63,634 nucleotides of DNA, filler included, from an uncultured Methanosarcinales archaeon (GCA_964472345.1; 4 parts of 4 records of this genome joined end to end with filler, not necessarily neighbours in it), one strand, 5' to 3'; counted from the whole stretch's first letter, positions 17,786-27,851 are shown. A program made the numbers and translations. Notes: a model not told the origin generated them from the sequence alone.

Positions 17786-19783
17786 ATGCGCTGGCGCCCG
17801 TTGGAGGTTGTTGCAAAATTCGCTTCGCGGCACTGCCAGTTCGCTCCGCCGATTTCTCGCAGTTCATCTTTGCCGTACTCCCCTTGCTCTCGTCGAGGGA
17901 AATCGGGCCCAACGAGCGTTGCAAGCAATGGACAGCGTCGCTCGCAAACCAAAGGCAGTGCACCATTTCGCAACAACCTCCGTCCATTGAGTCTTCTGGT
18001 TATTTTGCTGCTCGCCGTGAGCGGCATTTCCGCGCAGGAAGAAGCGGCGGAGGAAACCCTCGCTGCTGATCCGGGGATCCTGCCCGACAGTGTGTTCTAT
18101 TTCCTTGACGAGTTTTTTGAAGGGCTGTCCGTGGGCGATGATCCGGAAAGGGCGCTGAGGTACAAGGAAGAGAAGATCATGGAAGCGCGCGTCATGGCCG
18201 AGCGCAGGAAGGCGGAATTCGCGAAGGAAGCGCTCGCGCGGGCTTCAGGCTATAATACAATTCTCGAGAGGGAAGTGACACCGGAGATGGAGGTCCGGAT
18301 CAAGCAGCGCTCCGGGGTGTATGAGCAGGTGCTCAGCAAGATCTCATCAGACATTCCCGAGCTGAAAGAGGCGGTCGAGCAGCAGCGCGCGCAGGAAGAG
18401 CGCATCAGGCTTGCCGCCGAAGTCTCATCAAAAATCAAGCAGCTCTGCGAGACGCTTGCGCAGCTCGACGCGGAGCAGTACGAGCGGACATGCAAGACGG
18501 AAGATGCGCCGCGATGGCAGCAGAAGCTCGACAGGGAGCTGACGCAGGAGCAGCAGGCGCATGCGCGCGTGTTTGCGGAAAAGCTGCGCGAGTGCTTCGC
18601 CAGCAATGGTGTGGAATGCGACTGCGAAGGGATGCGCGTGCCGTCGTTCGAGGCGGCCTGCATACAGGATCATGAGAAGGCGGTGCTCTGCAACGATGGC
18701 AATCAGGATGCCTGCGAGAGCATGACGGGTCCGATGGAGGCCGGGAAGTACCTGCCGGCATATCTGCTTCCCGTCCTCGAGAAGGTCCAGCGGGAATTTT
18801 CCGAGAAAGCATTCTCCGAAGCCATGGAACGGGCGCAGCGCGATGGTGCAGAAGGCGGGGTCGCGCTGCCGCAGCCGTGCCGGGACGCAGGTGCCAGCTC
18901 ATCGGATGGATGCATGAAGCTCATGGAGGAGAAAGGGCTGACGCAGGGCACCGGCGGCGAGCGCTTTATGTTCACCTCAATGAAAGAGTTCATGGAAGCG
19001 TGCGAACAGCGCATGAGCGAGGACGAGTGCGTGAAGCAGGCGGAGGAACTACAGCGGCAGGGCTTCACGGAGCAGCCGCAGGCAGGGGCGCCGGCGCGGA
19101 TCGGGGAGTTTGGCAGGGATTGCCATGCGGTGAAAGACCTTGCGGAGAAGTCGCGCTGCTTTGAGCAGTTCTACGAAAAGGCGAAGCAGTCCGTTGAGAT
19201 GAGAGTGGAGTGGAAGTATGAAGGCTCATCTGCCGTTCAGGATGACTGGGTGAGCAACATCGCGAGCAAGTGGTTCGACACGCAGACGGATGAGGAGCGT
19301 GCGCAGCTCAGGGAGCTTCTGATGGAGGAACTGGGGGCGCGGGGCATCGACGCGGACAACGTGAAGCTTGAGCTGGACGATGAGCGCTTTGAGCTGCGGT
19401 ATGCTGACAGCAGCGGAGCAGAGTACCGCCATGAGTACAAGCGCGACAGCAGGTTCGGGGAGGAGCGTTACGAAGAGAAGCATGAGCAAAAAGATGACGA
19501 CGACGCGGCGGAAGCCGGCGCGCCGGCCGCGGAGGACGAGCGCGCCAAATGGGAGCAGTACCAGAAGGAGCTCGGGGAGAGCTTCACGAAGGAGCTTGAA
19601 GATTCGTATGAGAAGTACCGCAAGGAGCATGAGCGGCGCGAGGAGGCTGAGAGCGCGCCGGATAAGTCAGGAAGCGACAGCGGATCGGATAGCGGCAGTT
19701 CAGGGAGCGGCGGCGGTTCGGACAACGGCGGCAGCTCAGGCAGTGATGGAGAAAGCGGATCAGGAAGCGACAGCGGAAGGTAG
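17786..19783 (+). CDS. secreted DUF5667-like protein with Cys-rich helical region and Gly/Ser tail
   Basis: Signal-like SLLVILLLAVSGISA; DPGILPDSVFYFLD motif; N-terminus carries an in-frame insertion. Confidence 0.75.
   Translation: MRWRPLEVVAKFASRHCQFAPPISRSSSLPYSPCSRRGKSGPTSVASNGQRRSQTKGSAPFRNNLRPLSLLVILLLAVSGISAQEEAAEETLAADPGILPDSVFYFLDEFFEGLSVGDDPERALRYKEEKIMEARVMAERRKAEFAKEALARASGYNTILEREVTPEMEVRIKQRSGVYEQVLSKISSDIPELKEAVEQQRAQEERIRLAAEVSSKIKQLCETLAQLDAEQYERTCKTEDAPRWQQKLDRELTQEQQAHARVFAEKLRECFASNGVECDCEGMRVPSFEAACIQDHEKAVLCNDGNQDACESMTGPMEAGKYLPAYLLPVLEKVQREFSEKAFSEAMERAQRDGAEGGVALPQPCRDAGASSSDGCMKLMEEKGLTQGTGGERFMFTSMKEFMEACEQRMSEDECVKQAEELQRQGFTEQPQAGAPARIGEFGRDCHAVKDLAEKSRCFEQFYEKAKQSVEMRVEWKYEGSSAVQDDWVSNIASKWFDTQTDEERAQLRELLMEELGARGIDADNVKLELDDERFELRYADSSGAEYRHEYKRDSRFGEERYEEKHEQKDDDDAAEAGAPAAEDERAKWEQYQKELGESFTKELEDSYEKYRKEHERREEAESAPDKSGSDSGSDSGSSGSGGGSDNGGSSGSDGESGSGSDSGR
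17804..17980. mobile_element. MITE-like element (177 bp) inserted in frame in a CDS
   Basis: TIRs gaggttgttgcaaaat / atttcgcaacaacctc (1 mismatch); flanks cgcccgttg / cgtccattg (7/9 identical). Confidence 0.75.
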
Positions 19784-19805
19784 GTTTGTTCGTTCTGGAA
19801 TATAG

Positions 19806-19843
19806 AGAAATGCGTTGATTGGTGTAAAAAATAACGCATTTCT
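19806..19843. repeat. 11-bp perfect inverted repeat (terminator or operator)
   Basis: agaaatgcgtt ... aacgcatttct just after the 19783 stop. Confidence 0.5.
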
Positions 19844-19964
19844 AATATGAATCTTTGCCTAAAAACTTAACTTATTAACGCAAAGATTCATACTTTGGAG
19901 TGGTGACGAGGGGGAATTTTTAAATAGGGGTGTCCACTTCTCGCTGGCCGCAGGGTAGGTTTGC

Positions 19965-20966
19965 ATGGACATAGATGATGTTACCGCCAACATAAGAATT
20001 ATCACCAAATCTAGGAACAGGAATCTGATCAATGCGGCTGAGGCAGGAAAGAATAAGGACACCTCTTATCGGTTCCCCTTCACGTGGCGCAGGGCCGCGT
20101 CAAAGAATTTACGTAAGGCGTACGCGCTCGGTGTTGCCATCCTGCTCGAAGAGTATGGAATAGAAGGCTTTAATCAACTGCGTCTGAGCCACCCCAAACT
20201 TCTCGAAGGTTTCATTGGGGGGTTAGAGAGCGAGGGCCTTGTCTTCGATGAAGAGGTTCCACTCACCACGCAACAGAGCCGCGCGTTGTTAGGGCAGCAA
20301 CGTCTCGAAAAGGCGCTTGCCCTGTATGGGCGTTTCAGTCTTTTTCCATCAAAGAGGAAAAACGGGAAATTCTATAGAATGGGTGTGCGGCTCGCGCGTT
20401 GGTATGCTGATACGAAACGAAGGGAACTGTTCGGAAACTGGTGCGGGTGGTCGCTCGAAAAAGCGACAATGGAAGAAGTAAGAACCTACCACTGGATGTA
20501 CACAGATATCGCAGCGACGCTTGAAGAATCATCGAAGGGTGATTTTGGTGAGCGGGTCAATGCTCTTTATGAGGAAATGGTAAGAACGGTCGATGAGTTT
20601 GATAATGCTGAACAGTACGACCACGCACTCATGGCGTGCAAGTACCTTGACCTCCTGTTGAGCCACCTTGGCGAGCGGGAGCTGACAGGGGAGTACAAAG
20701 AAGAGGGTGATACAACATTCGAATCGGCAAGTGAGCTCGAACGTACGTTCCTTAGCGGATTTGGTCTGGTGGAGAAGCGCGAGGCGTTAGAAAGGCTTGT
20801 CCCTGAGCTAGAGCACAGCAAGCGAGATAAGGAGTATGCGATGCGGCGGAGAATTCAAAGATGCACCCAAAGAGGGGAATACGAAAAAGCAGGGGAAGTA
20901 AAAGCGGCGTTGGAGGCATGGCAAGCACAAGAATCCGGTGCGCACCATGTGAACCGAGCGAAGTAA
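19965..20966 (+). CDS. hypothetical protein with possible C-terminal UVR-like coiled coil
   Basis: 333-aa ORF; IQRCTQRGEYEKAGEVKA near the C-terminus; lower GC than flanks. Confidence 0.65.
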   Translation: MDIDDVTANIRIITKSRNRNLINAAEAGKNKDTSYRFPFTWRRAASKNLRKAYALGVAILLEEYGIEGFNQLRLSHPKLLEGFIGGLESEGLVFDEEVPLTTQQSRALLGQQRLEKALALYGRFSLFPSKRKNGKFYRMGVRLARWYADTKRRELFGNWCGWSLEKATMEEVRTYHWMYTDIAATLEESSKGDFGERVNALYEEMVRTVDEFDNAEQYDHALMACKYLDLLLSHLGERELTGEYKEEGDTTFESASELERTFLSGFGLVEKREALERLVPELEHSKRDKEYAMRRRIQRCTQRGEYEKAGEVKAALEAWQAQESGAHHVNRAK

Positions 20967-20997
20967 ATTTATAAAAGCACCCCCAAACTGAGCCATC

Positions 20998-21291
20998 ATG
21001 CACTCCATCATCACCGAAAAAGTCCCCGGCGGGAAGCTCGTGCGGCTGAAAGTTGACTTCGATAAGGTCATCAACAGCGTGCAGATCACCGGCGACTTCT
21101 TCCTGCACCCTGAGGAAGCGGTCGAGAAGCTCGAGCGATGCCTGATCGGCTGCGCTGCCGCTGAGCCGGAAGCACGTTTCGCGCAAAAGCTCAACGCAGC
21201 CATCGCAGCGGACAGCATCACGCTGATCGGCGTCTCTGCGGAAGACATCGCGCGGCTCACCAAGAAGGCGACGGAGGAACAGCAAGCATGA
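20998..21291 (+). CDS. lplB: lipoate-protein ligase accessory subunit (C-terminal domain)
   Basis: KVPGGKLVRL, ITGDFFLHPEEA..LE. Confidence 0.88.
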   Translation: MHSIITEKVPGGKLVRLKVDFDKVINSVQITGDFFLHPEEAVEKLERCLIGCAAAEPEARFAQKLNAAIAADSITLIGVSAEDIARLTKKATEEQQA

Positions 21292-22034
21292 ACTGGCGCG
21301 TCATCCCGCTTGAGGCGAACGATGCATTCACCAACATGGCCATTGACGAGGCTGTCGGCGAGGCCGTCGCAGGCGGCAAATCGCCCGCAACCATCCGCTT
21401 CTACCGGTGGAAGCCTGGCGCGGTCTCCATCGGCTACTTCCAAAGCATGCACGATGAGGTTGATGTCGCGAAGTGCAAAGCGCGCGGCGTTGATGTCATC
21501 CGCAGGATTACGGGCGGCGGGGCCGTCTACCATGACGAGAACGGAGAGATCACCTACAGCGTCGCCGTGCCGGAAAAGCTGCTGAGCCTCGGCATCACCG
21601 AAAGCTACCGGCTCATCTGCGGCTGGATCGTGGGCAGCCTTGCGAAGCTCGGCATCGCCGCGGAATTCAAGCCCATCAACGACATCATTGTTGGCGGAAA
21701 GAAGATCTCCGGGAATGCGCAGACACGCAGGAACGGCGTGGTGCTGCAGCACGGCACGATCCTGTACGATGTTGATGTCGACACGATGTTCTCGCTGCTC
21801 AAGGTGCCGGACGAGAAGATCAGGGACAAGATGATCGCGGCGGTGAAGGAGCGCGTGACGCGCGTGCTCGATTTCGCGCAGGTGTCGAAGCAGGAGCTCT
21901 CCGGGGCGCTGCTGAAGGGCTTCACGGAGGGGAAAGTGTGGAGCTTCGGGGCGCTCACGGCGCAGGAGCGGCAGCGGGCGCAGGAGGTTGCGGCAGCGAG
22001 ATATAAGACTGATGAGTGGAATTTCAGGCGGTAG
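21288..22034 (+). CDS. lplA: lipoate-protein ligase A catalytic subunit
   Basis: NMAIDEA, RRITGGGAVYHD, KKISGNAQ, QHGTILYD. Confidence 0.93.
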   Translation: MNWRVIPLEANDAFTNMAIDEAVGEAVAGGKSPATIRFYRWKPGAVSIGYFQSMHDEVDVAKCKARGVDVIRRITGGGAVYHDENGEITYSVAVPEKLLSLGITESYRLICGWIVGSLAKLGIAAEFKPINDIIVGGKKISGNAQTRRNGVVLQHGTILYDVDVDTMFSLLKVPDEKIRDKMIAAVKERVTRVLDFAQVSKQELSGALLKGFTEGKVWSFGALTAQERQRAQEVAAARYKTDEWNFRR

Positions 22035-22080
22035 GGGGATACAAAGACGGTACGAAAAGGAAAGCAGGGATTCAGAGTGA

Positions 22081-22857
22081 TTACCGACTCAAAGCGGCGG
22101 CCTCAAGCGGTTGGGAAGACGCAGTACGGGCCGGAGGCGTGGGCCGTATGGGCTCGAGTTGGTGTACTTCGATTATTGGAGCGTTCTCCTTTGTCGTTTC
22201 CGCAAACGCTTGTACCATCTTCTCCATTGCATCATCGGGGTCGATTTCCCTCTGAAGGATGTCTGCAAGTGATGTAACCTGTTGCTGCGGCTCACCGCAG
22301 AGATCAACAATATCATTTTGAGGAGCTTTATCCACATAAACTGCCGCACCGTGCAACGTGGTACAAGACCCCAACGGAAATGACCTGAACTCAACGCCAA
22401 TCGCCGCGACTTTCTTCCGCTGCCCGTTGGAAGAGAAAAAGACCCCCGGATGCCCAAGGTGCTCTGACGTGGAGAAACTCCCATCAATAAGATTATCAGA
22501 GACATAATCCTGCAGGAATCGCACTATCGTCTCCTGCATCAGTTTGAGATATCCGACTTTTGCACGGATGGTATCAGGGATGAGCGTGAGGTAATAAGCC
22601 ATCAGCTGATGTTCATCATGCACTGTTGCTTGCCCTGAACGATCAATATCAAACGTGGGAATCCGCCTCCCGTCACGATAAAGAGCATGGTCGCGCTTTT
22701 CCGCAGGTGTATCCATTCCGTACGTAACGACGAGCGGGTGGCGCATCACCAGAAGAGCATGTTCACCAGTATCAGCGACGGCCCTCGCAGCCCGATCCTG
22801 CTCAAGAAGCGCAGAGGAATAGCCGTACGGCCGCCCGGTGTAAAGCCGCACCCTCAT
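22081..22857 (-). CDS. lipB: divergent octanoyltransferase LipB-like protein
   Basis: HPLVVTYG, DRSGQATVH...QLMAY, KKVAAIGV, TLHGAAV, DLCG. Confidence 0.7.
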   Translation of the reverse strand: MRVRLYTGRPYGYSSALLEQDRAARAVADTGEHALLVMRHPLVVTYGMDTPAEKRDHALYRDGRRIPTFDIDRSGQATVHDEHQLMAYYLTLIPDTIRAKVGYLKLMQETIVRFLQDYVSDNLIDGSFSTSEHLGHPGVFFSSNGQRKKVAAIGVEFRSFPLGSCTTLHGAAVYVDKAPQNDIVDLCGEPQQQVTSLADILQREIDPDDAMEKMVQAFAETTKENAPIIEVHQLEPIRPTPPARTASSQPLEAAALSR

Positions 22858-24197
22858 TTCAGGCCCTTCGGCTCCTGCAGCCCCGCAATCACGTCGTTCA
22901 GGAACCGTGCTGCCTCTGCCCCGTCCACGACGCGGTGGTCAAAGCCGACGACGAGCGGGAGCATCCTGCGGATGACAACCTTGCCGTCAATCGCAACGGC
23001 CTTGTCCTGCATCTTTCCGACGCCGAGGATCGCGGCTTCCGGCGCGTTGATGATGGGCGTGAACATGCTGCCGCCGAGGATGCCGATGTTGGTGATCGTG
23101 AAGCTGCCGCCCTTCAGCTCCGCAAGGTCAATCTTCCGGCTCTTGGCGCGCTCCGCAAGCCCGGCGATCTCCTTCGCAAGCGCGTACAGGTCCTTCTTCT
23201 CGGCTCCCTTGACGACGGGGACGATCAGGCCTTCGCCCGTGTCCACTGCGATGCCGATGTTGTAGTACTTCTTGACGATGATGTCGCCGTTCTCCCTATC
23301 GAGCGTTGCGTTGAAGCGCGGGTATTTCTGCAGCGCGGCGACCAGCGCCTTGACGATATACGGCAGGTACGTCAGGTGCACATCCTGCTTCTGCGCCTTT
23401 GCCTTCTCCCGCTCGCGCAGCGCAGCAAGCTCCGTCACGTCAGCCTCATCCATATGCCACACTGTCGGGATGCCCCAGGCAGCTTCCATGTGCTCCGCGA
23501 TCGTCTTGCGCATGCCTTTCAGCGGCACGTGCTCCACATAGCCCCAGAAGTCGTATTTCTTCACCACCTTCGGCCTGCCTGCTTCCTGCGCGGCGGTTTC
23601 CTGCGCCCGTGGCGGGGTGGATGGCGCAGTTGCCGGCACGGCTGCTGCCGCCGCTTTTCGTGCGGCTGCGCCTGACGGCGCTTTCGCTCCCGCCTTGGCC
23701 GCCTTCATGACGTCCTCTTCCGTGATGTGGCCGTAGGCGCCCGTTCCCGCGACCGCAGCAAGCGCAACGCCGAAGTCGGCTGCGAGCTTCCTCACCGCGG
23801 GGGCCGCGAGCGCGCCGCCTCCGCCGGCCGCGCGCTTCAGCGTGTCTTCGCCCGGAAGGAACCCCACGACGCCTCCCGCCTCCTCGCCTTTCGCCGGCTG
23901 CGGGGGCTTTGCTGCCTGCTTCTGCGTCACGCTTTGTGCTGCCTCTCCCTTCACCTCAAACGTCACCATCGTCTCCCCCACCCTGATGGTGCCGCCTGCG
24001 ACGGCGTGCAGCCTGAGAATCTTTCCTGCCTTGGGAGAAGGGATCTCGACGACCGCCTTGTCGGTTTCTACCTCGCCAAGGACCTGGTCAACCGTGACCG
24101 TGTCGCCTTCCTTCACCTTCCAGCCGACGATGGTGCCTTCATGGATGCCTTCGCCGACGTCAGGGAACCTGAATTCGAATGTTGCCAACACCACCAC
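22854..24197 (-). CDS. pdhC: 2-oxoacid dehydrogenase E2 dihydrolipoamide acyltransferase
   Basis: PDVGEGIHEG, VETDKA lipoyl-Lys, PAVRKLA, FDHRVVDGA; exact start uncertain. Confidence 0.95.
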   Translation of the reverse strand: MVVLATFEFRFPDVGEGIHEGTIVGWKVKEGDTVTVDQVLGEVETDKAVVEIPSPKAGKILRLHAVAGGTIRVGETMVTFEVKGEAAQSVTQKQAAKPPQPAKGEEAGGVVGFLPGEDTLKRAAGGGGALAAPAVRKLAADFGVALAAVAGTGAYGHITEEDVMKAAKAGAKAPSGAAARKAAAAAVPATAPSTPPRAQETAAQEAGRPKVVKKYDFWGYVEHVPLKGMRKTIAEHMEAAWGIPTVWHMDEADVTELAALREREKAKAQKQDVHLTYLPYIVKALVAALQKYPRFNATLDRENGDIIVKKYYNIGIAVDTGEGLIVPVVKGAEKKDLYALAKEIAGLAERAKSRKIDLAELKGGSFTITNIGILGGSMFTPIINAPEAAILGVGKMQDKAVAIDGKVVIRRMLPLVVGFDHRVVDGAEAARFLNDVIAGLQEPKGLK

Positions 24198-24251
24198 CTG
24201 TGGCGGAGGCTTTTGGCGCTGCTTTTATAGTTTACGGTGGTTGATGCCATT

Positions 24252-24665
24252 TCACCGCGAAAGACCAAAAAGCCGGAGAAGCTCATGGGTAGTGTAAACA
24301 ATTACGGAAGGCTGATTGCGCAATGCCTTTTCGCTCGTCCAGAGAGGACACTGAAGAAAGAGCGCCAAGGCGAAATAGGTGGTATCTTTCTTGTCGGGGC
24401 AGATCGCTTCGGCCTGCTCCCTGAATTTCACAAAAGCGCTTTCTGGTACGATAGTCATCCGCTGCCGTACGATGGCGAGGAAGGTTCCCACCTCTTCATC
24501 TTTCAGGTAAGACTTCGCGAGGATAATCCCCCTGTTGCGCTCAATCTCTTCTATGAGCAGCTGCGGCGCGAAGAGCTCAATTTCCTCCCTGAAGAAAAGG
24601 TCCACGGGCTTTCCAGGCCTGATGAGCATTGCGATGATAACATTCGCATCAACGACGAGCCGCAT
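24252..24665 (-). CDS. PIN-domain toxin
   Basis: LVVDANVII, PDKKDTTYFALAL, LWTSEKAL. Confidence 0.88.
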   Translation of the reverse strand: MRLVVDANVIIAMLIRPGKPVDLFFREEIELFAPQLLIEEIERNRGIILAKSYLKDEEVGTFLAIVRQRMTIVPESAFVKFREQAEAICPDKKDTTYFALALFLQCPLWTSEKALRNQPSVIVYTTHELLRLFGLSR

Positions 24666-24893
24666 CTACTCCATCTCTCGGAACCGTTTTGCAATCCCTT
24701 CGCTGATCCGGCGGCTGATTTCCCGCGCATCCTTTTCCGTGAGCGCGCTCTTCTGCGCGAGCCGCTTGACGAGCGCAATCTGCCGCATCCGCTCCTCGAA
24801 AGCGTGCCGTGCGACGGCCGACCAGTTGACCTCGTCAAGCTTTTCCATATTTTGCTTCAGCTCGTCAGGGACCGAAACCGACACGGTTGCCAT
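24666..24893 (-). CDS. RHH antitoxin
   Basis: MATVSVSVPDELKQNMEKLDEVNWSAVAR. Confidence 0.82.
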   Translation of the reverse strand: MATVSVSVPDELKQNMEKLDEVNWSAVARHAFEERMRQIALVKRLAQKSALTEKDAREISRRISEGIAKRFREME

Positions 24894-25093
24894 GAAAACC
24901 ACCTGAGTTGTTATTTTTATTATAAAAAACATTTGTAGTATTTAAGCGTTGCGGTCGGTGAGGAGTTGTGTGCGTGACGGCAGGCCACAGCCCAAAGGCA
25001 ATGAGGACGTCATGATATCAAAGGCGTGAGGGTGCGGAATCCTGATTGAGGCTGGGGCTGCTCCAGGGAAGACATTCCCAGATTGTTCCCTAT

Positions 25094-25777
25094 TCAGTGA
25101 GGGAACCTATCACCTGCTCGGCCTGTTCGCCCTTTCCCCACCGCCCCGTGCAGCTGCTTCAGGTACTTCTCCTCAACAAAGAGGTACTTCTTCAGCTCGC
25201 GCAGCATCTTCTCCACGTCAAACAGCACCCATCCGTCGCCGTGCCGGAACTGCCAGAGCGTCTCGTCGATGAGGTACTGCCAGTCGAAATTCTTCGTATT
25301 CTTCACAATAGTGAGGATATCCTCAAAGTCCCTGTCCCGTTCCGTTACCGCTTTCAGGACCACAATATGCTCGGTACGGAGAACATTGACGGTGAGAGTA
25401 TGCTTTCCCTTGAACTCGTGCACCGCGTATTTGTCCTCTTTCATCTGCGGGCTCAGCTTGGTCTGGAAGATGCACTTCACGAACAGGTCAAACCTGCTGT
25501 CATCGCGCCTGTACATCAGCGGCCGGTGCCTGTCGAGCAGCTTCTTGGGGATGTACAGCCTGAACGGGCTCGCCTCCGCGAAGCCGAGCGCCTCGATGGC
25601 ACGGATGAACTCCTTCCGCTGCGGCTCGTCCTCAAAGAGCAGATCGATGTCCTTCGTTTCATCCTTGTAGCCGTAGAACAGCATCGCGGTGCCTCCAAAC
25701 GCGTAACAGGTGAGATCCCGCGTGAGGGCGTTCGCAACAATCCGGAATACGTCCCGCTGGTCGTTGTGCGTTATCAT
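25094..25777 (-). CDS. AbiEii-like (DUF6036-type) nucleotidyltransferase toxin
   Basis: FGGTAMLFYGYKDETKDIDL, LKAVTERDRDFED. Confidence 0.8.
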   Translation of the reverse strand: MITHNDQRDVFRIVANALTRDLTCYAFGGTAMLFYGYKDETKDIDLLFEDEPQRKEFIRAIEALGFAEASPFRLYIPKKLLDRHRPLMYRRDDSRFDLFVKCIFQTKLSPQMKEDKYAVHEFKGKHTLTVNVLRTEHIVVLKAVTERDRDFEDILTIVKNTKNFDWQYLIDETLWQFRHGDGWVLFDVEKMLRELKKYLFVEEKYLKQLHGAVGKGRTGRAGDRFPH

Positions 25778-26382
25778 GTGATGGCCTTTAGGTCGTGCTC
25801 ATTGAACGGGAGATAGACGGACCAGTGCCGTGCAATTGCGGGGAAATTGTCCTTGCGCAGCTGGGTGAGAGGCACCCTCCCCCGGACTCTTTCCGCCTTC
25901 CGGTACCTTTCGGGCATCGTTCGCACCCTGAAGAACATCCGTGCGACGTCGTAGAGCGCTCCGACTTTCCTCCAGCAGCCTTTCTCCTGCGCGTACGCAT
26001 AGAGCCGCGGCCAGTCCCTGACGTGGGAAAAGAGCCTGAGGCTTGCGAGGATCACGCGGAACTTCTGCGTCTCAACCGCGTCCACGATCGCCTCTTCCGG
26101 GCCATAGCGCCCGTGGACCTGATGGTCATACCAGGGCAGGATCTTCATCGGCGAATGCCTGTTGATGATGTCGAACATCCCCGGCACCCGCGGCAGCTGC
26201 CTGCGCATCGTGACATTGTAGATCCGCTTCCTCCTGCCGCCGCCGTCCACCGTGACGTGCCCTTCTTTCCGGAGCCTGCACAGGAGGTTGAGCGCGGACT
26301 GCCGCGTGATGCTGAGCAGCTGTGCAGCCGTTTCGACGGTCTGGAGGCCTTCGAGCTTGCGGAGGGTTTCGTAGGGGTGCAT
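25774..26382 (-). CDS. HTH-containing AbiEi-like antitoxin/regulator
   Basis: N-terminal wHTH (AAQLLSITRQSALNLLCRLRKEG), PEEAIVD; overlaps the NTase gene. Confidence 0.65.
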   Translation of the reverse strand: MHPYETLRKLEGLQTVETAAQLLSITRQSALNLLCRLRKEGHVTVDGGGRRKRIYNVTMRRQLPRVPGMFDIINRHSPMKILPWYDHQVHGRYGPEEAIVDAVETQKFRVILASLRLFSHVRDWPRLYAYAQEKGCWRKVGALYDVARMFFRVRTMPERYRKAERVRGRVPLTQLRKDNFPAIARHWSVYLPFNEHDLKAIT

Positions 26383-26508
26383 GATATTATTTTAGAATAG
26401 GTGATATATAAAGATTTCTATTTTTGTGTTATCTTATACGGAAAACGACCAAAGCAAGAAGCACCAATCAAGCGATTGCACGGACGAAGGAAGCGATACG
26501 CGCGCACC

Positions 26509-27102
26509 CTAAACGCCAATGCCCAAGGCGGCAAGTTCTTTTTTCAATTGAGCAGTTCTCTCAAAAAGGATTACCTGCATCCCTAGTTCCTTTGGGATGG
26601 TTAAGTTTTCTTCTTTATCATCAACAAATACACATTCCGATGGCTTCTTGTTTAATTTTGTGAGAACAATCTTGAATAATTCCTTATCTTTTTTCCATAA
26701 ATGCATCTCATTTGAAAAGTACATCTCCTCAAATAAGTCCTTCAAGCGTTTATCTTTTCTTATAGTTGTGGTTACTGCATCAAAATTATCCGAGAGTACG
26801 ATGAGCAGATGATCATCTTTCAATTTTTTAATCGACCCCAGCAATTCTTCGTTCAATTCGTACCAAGCAGAAAAGATAGTCTCGAATTCGCGGTAAGGAA
26901 CCCCTAAGTCCTCGAGGGATCTTCTCCAAAAATCTTGAGTCGATTCATTGCCCAAGAGATATCCCTTTTCATTTGCATATAATCTTTTTTGTATACGCTT
27001 CTTATTTATGTTAAATCGAGTGCTAAGCCTTTTTGCGAGTGCAGGAAAGCATCGTTCGGTTGTTAAAACGCCCGCAAAATCAAAGATTAATACATTTATC
27101 AT
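26509..27102 (-). CDS. HAD-superfamily phosphatase
   Basis: IFDFAGVL, VLSD, WKKD, CVFVDDKEEN; AT-rich. Confidence 0.85.
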   Translation of the reverse strand: MINVLIFDFAGVLTTERCFPALAKRLSTRFNINKKRIQKRLYANEKGYLLGNESTQDFWRRSLEDLGVPYREFETIFSAWYELNEELLGSIKKLKDDHLLIVLSDNFDAVTTTIRKDKRLKDLFEEMYFSNEMHLWKKDKELFKIVLTKLNKKPSECVFVDDKEENLTIPKELGMQVILFERTAQLKKELAALGIGV

Positions 27103-27256
27103 GCACTTAAAGAGAACCGGTCTCTATTTAAATCTAGCCAAAATCCAACTCGTTTCAGGCGTCGCCTTCGCGTCCTCATTGGCATTTGGAGAGTTTAACG
27201 CACCAGGCTGTTTCATAATTCCTTTTTAATCGCGTGGGAATAGCTTTCGAGAACTC

Positions 27257-27319
27257 CTAATACCCCATCACTTCCTCAATCGCCTTCCCGATCCGCTTCA
27301 CGCCCGGCAAATAATCGTT
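27257..27319 (-). pseudogene. duplicated 3' end of pdhB
   Basis: NDYLPGVKRIGKAIEEVMGY* versus pdhB DEYLPSVKRIGKAIEEVMGY*; near-identical DNA to 29502-29564. Confidence 0.92.
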
Positions 27320-27365
27320 TTATCGTTGGTGTTTTGACTTACGGGCGGTTAATGGCTTGAGAAGC

Positions 27366-27544
27366 GGCGTTATTGAAAAGTTCCCGTTCGCTGCGCTCGA
27401 TTCAATGGTCCTTCGGACTGGCATCGAGCTGGAGCCTGGCAGGTGTCCCACTTACGCCGGCACGGAGAACGTGCAGCGTCCTCCTGGGTGTCGTGCCGAG
27501 CCCGACACGCTCACTGGCCCATTGGCGAACTTTTCAATAACGCC
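27366..27544. mobile_element. MITE-like element (179 bp)
   Basis: 18-bp perfect TIR ggcgttattgaaaagttc; perfect 8-bp flanking duplication tgagaagc (27358-27365 and 27545-27552). Confidence 0.85.
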
Positions 27545-27590
27545 TGAGAAGCGAAAAGCTTAAATATGATGAAAATATAGTGAAAATGTA

Positions 27591-27851
27591 ATGAAAGTTC
27601 CATGGCAGACAGCAAGCGTCAAGTTGGTGGTGACGAAACACTTTGCATTGAAGTATATGCGAAGATGGGGATGGGACTTTCATGAGTTACGTGATGCCAT
27701 TCGTGATGCATACACGGTGGATAAGGTCGGTAAGAATAAGTTTGAAATCTCTGTGCAGGAATCAGGGTACAAGAAGATCATTACCGTTTATCACGATGCT
27801 GATGATGAACTGATATGCATTAGCGGCTCACAAGGAGGGAAGCGAACATGA
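27591..27851 (+). CDS. DUF4258/RelE-like putative toxin
   Basis: LVVTKHFALKYM; 86 aa; overlaps the downstream zinc-finger gene. Confidence 0.6.
   Translation: MKVPWQTASVKLVVTKHFALKYMRRWGWDFHELRDAIRDAYTVDKVGKNKFEISVQESGYKKIITVYHDADDELICISGSQGGKRT

Noticed and set aside
19666..19783. Gly/Ser-rich repeats at the end of the secreted protein
   Set aside because: Ordinary low-complexity coding tail.
24237..24938. 233-aa plus-strand ORF
   Set aside because: Antisense shadow of the RHH-PIN pair with no recognisable motifs.
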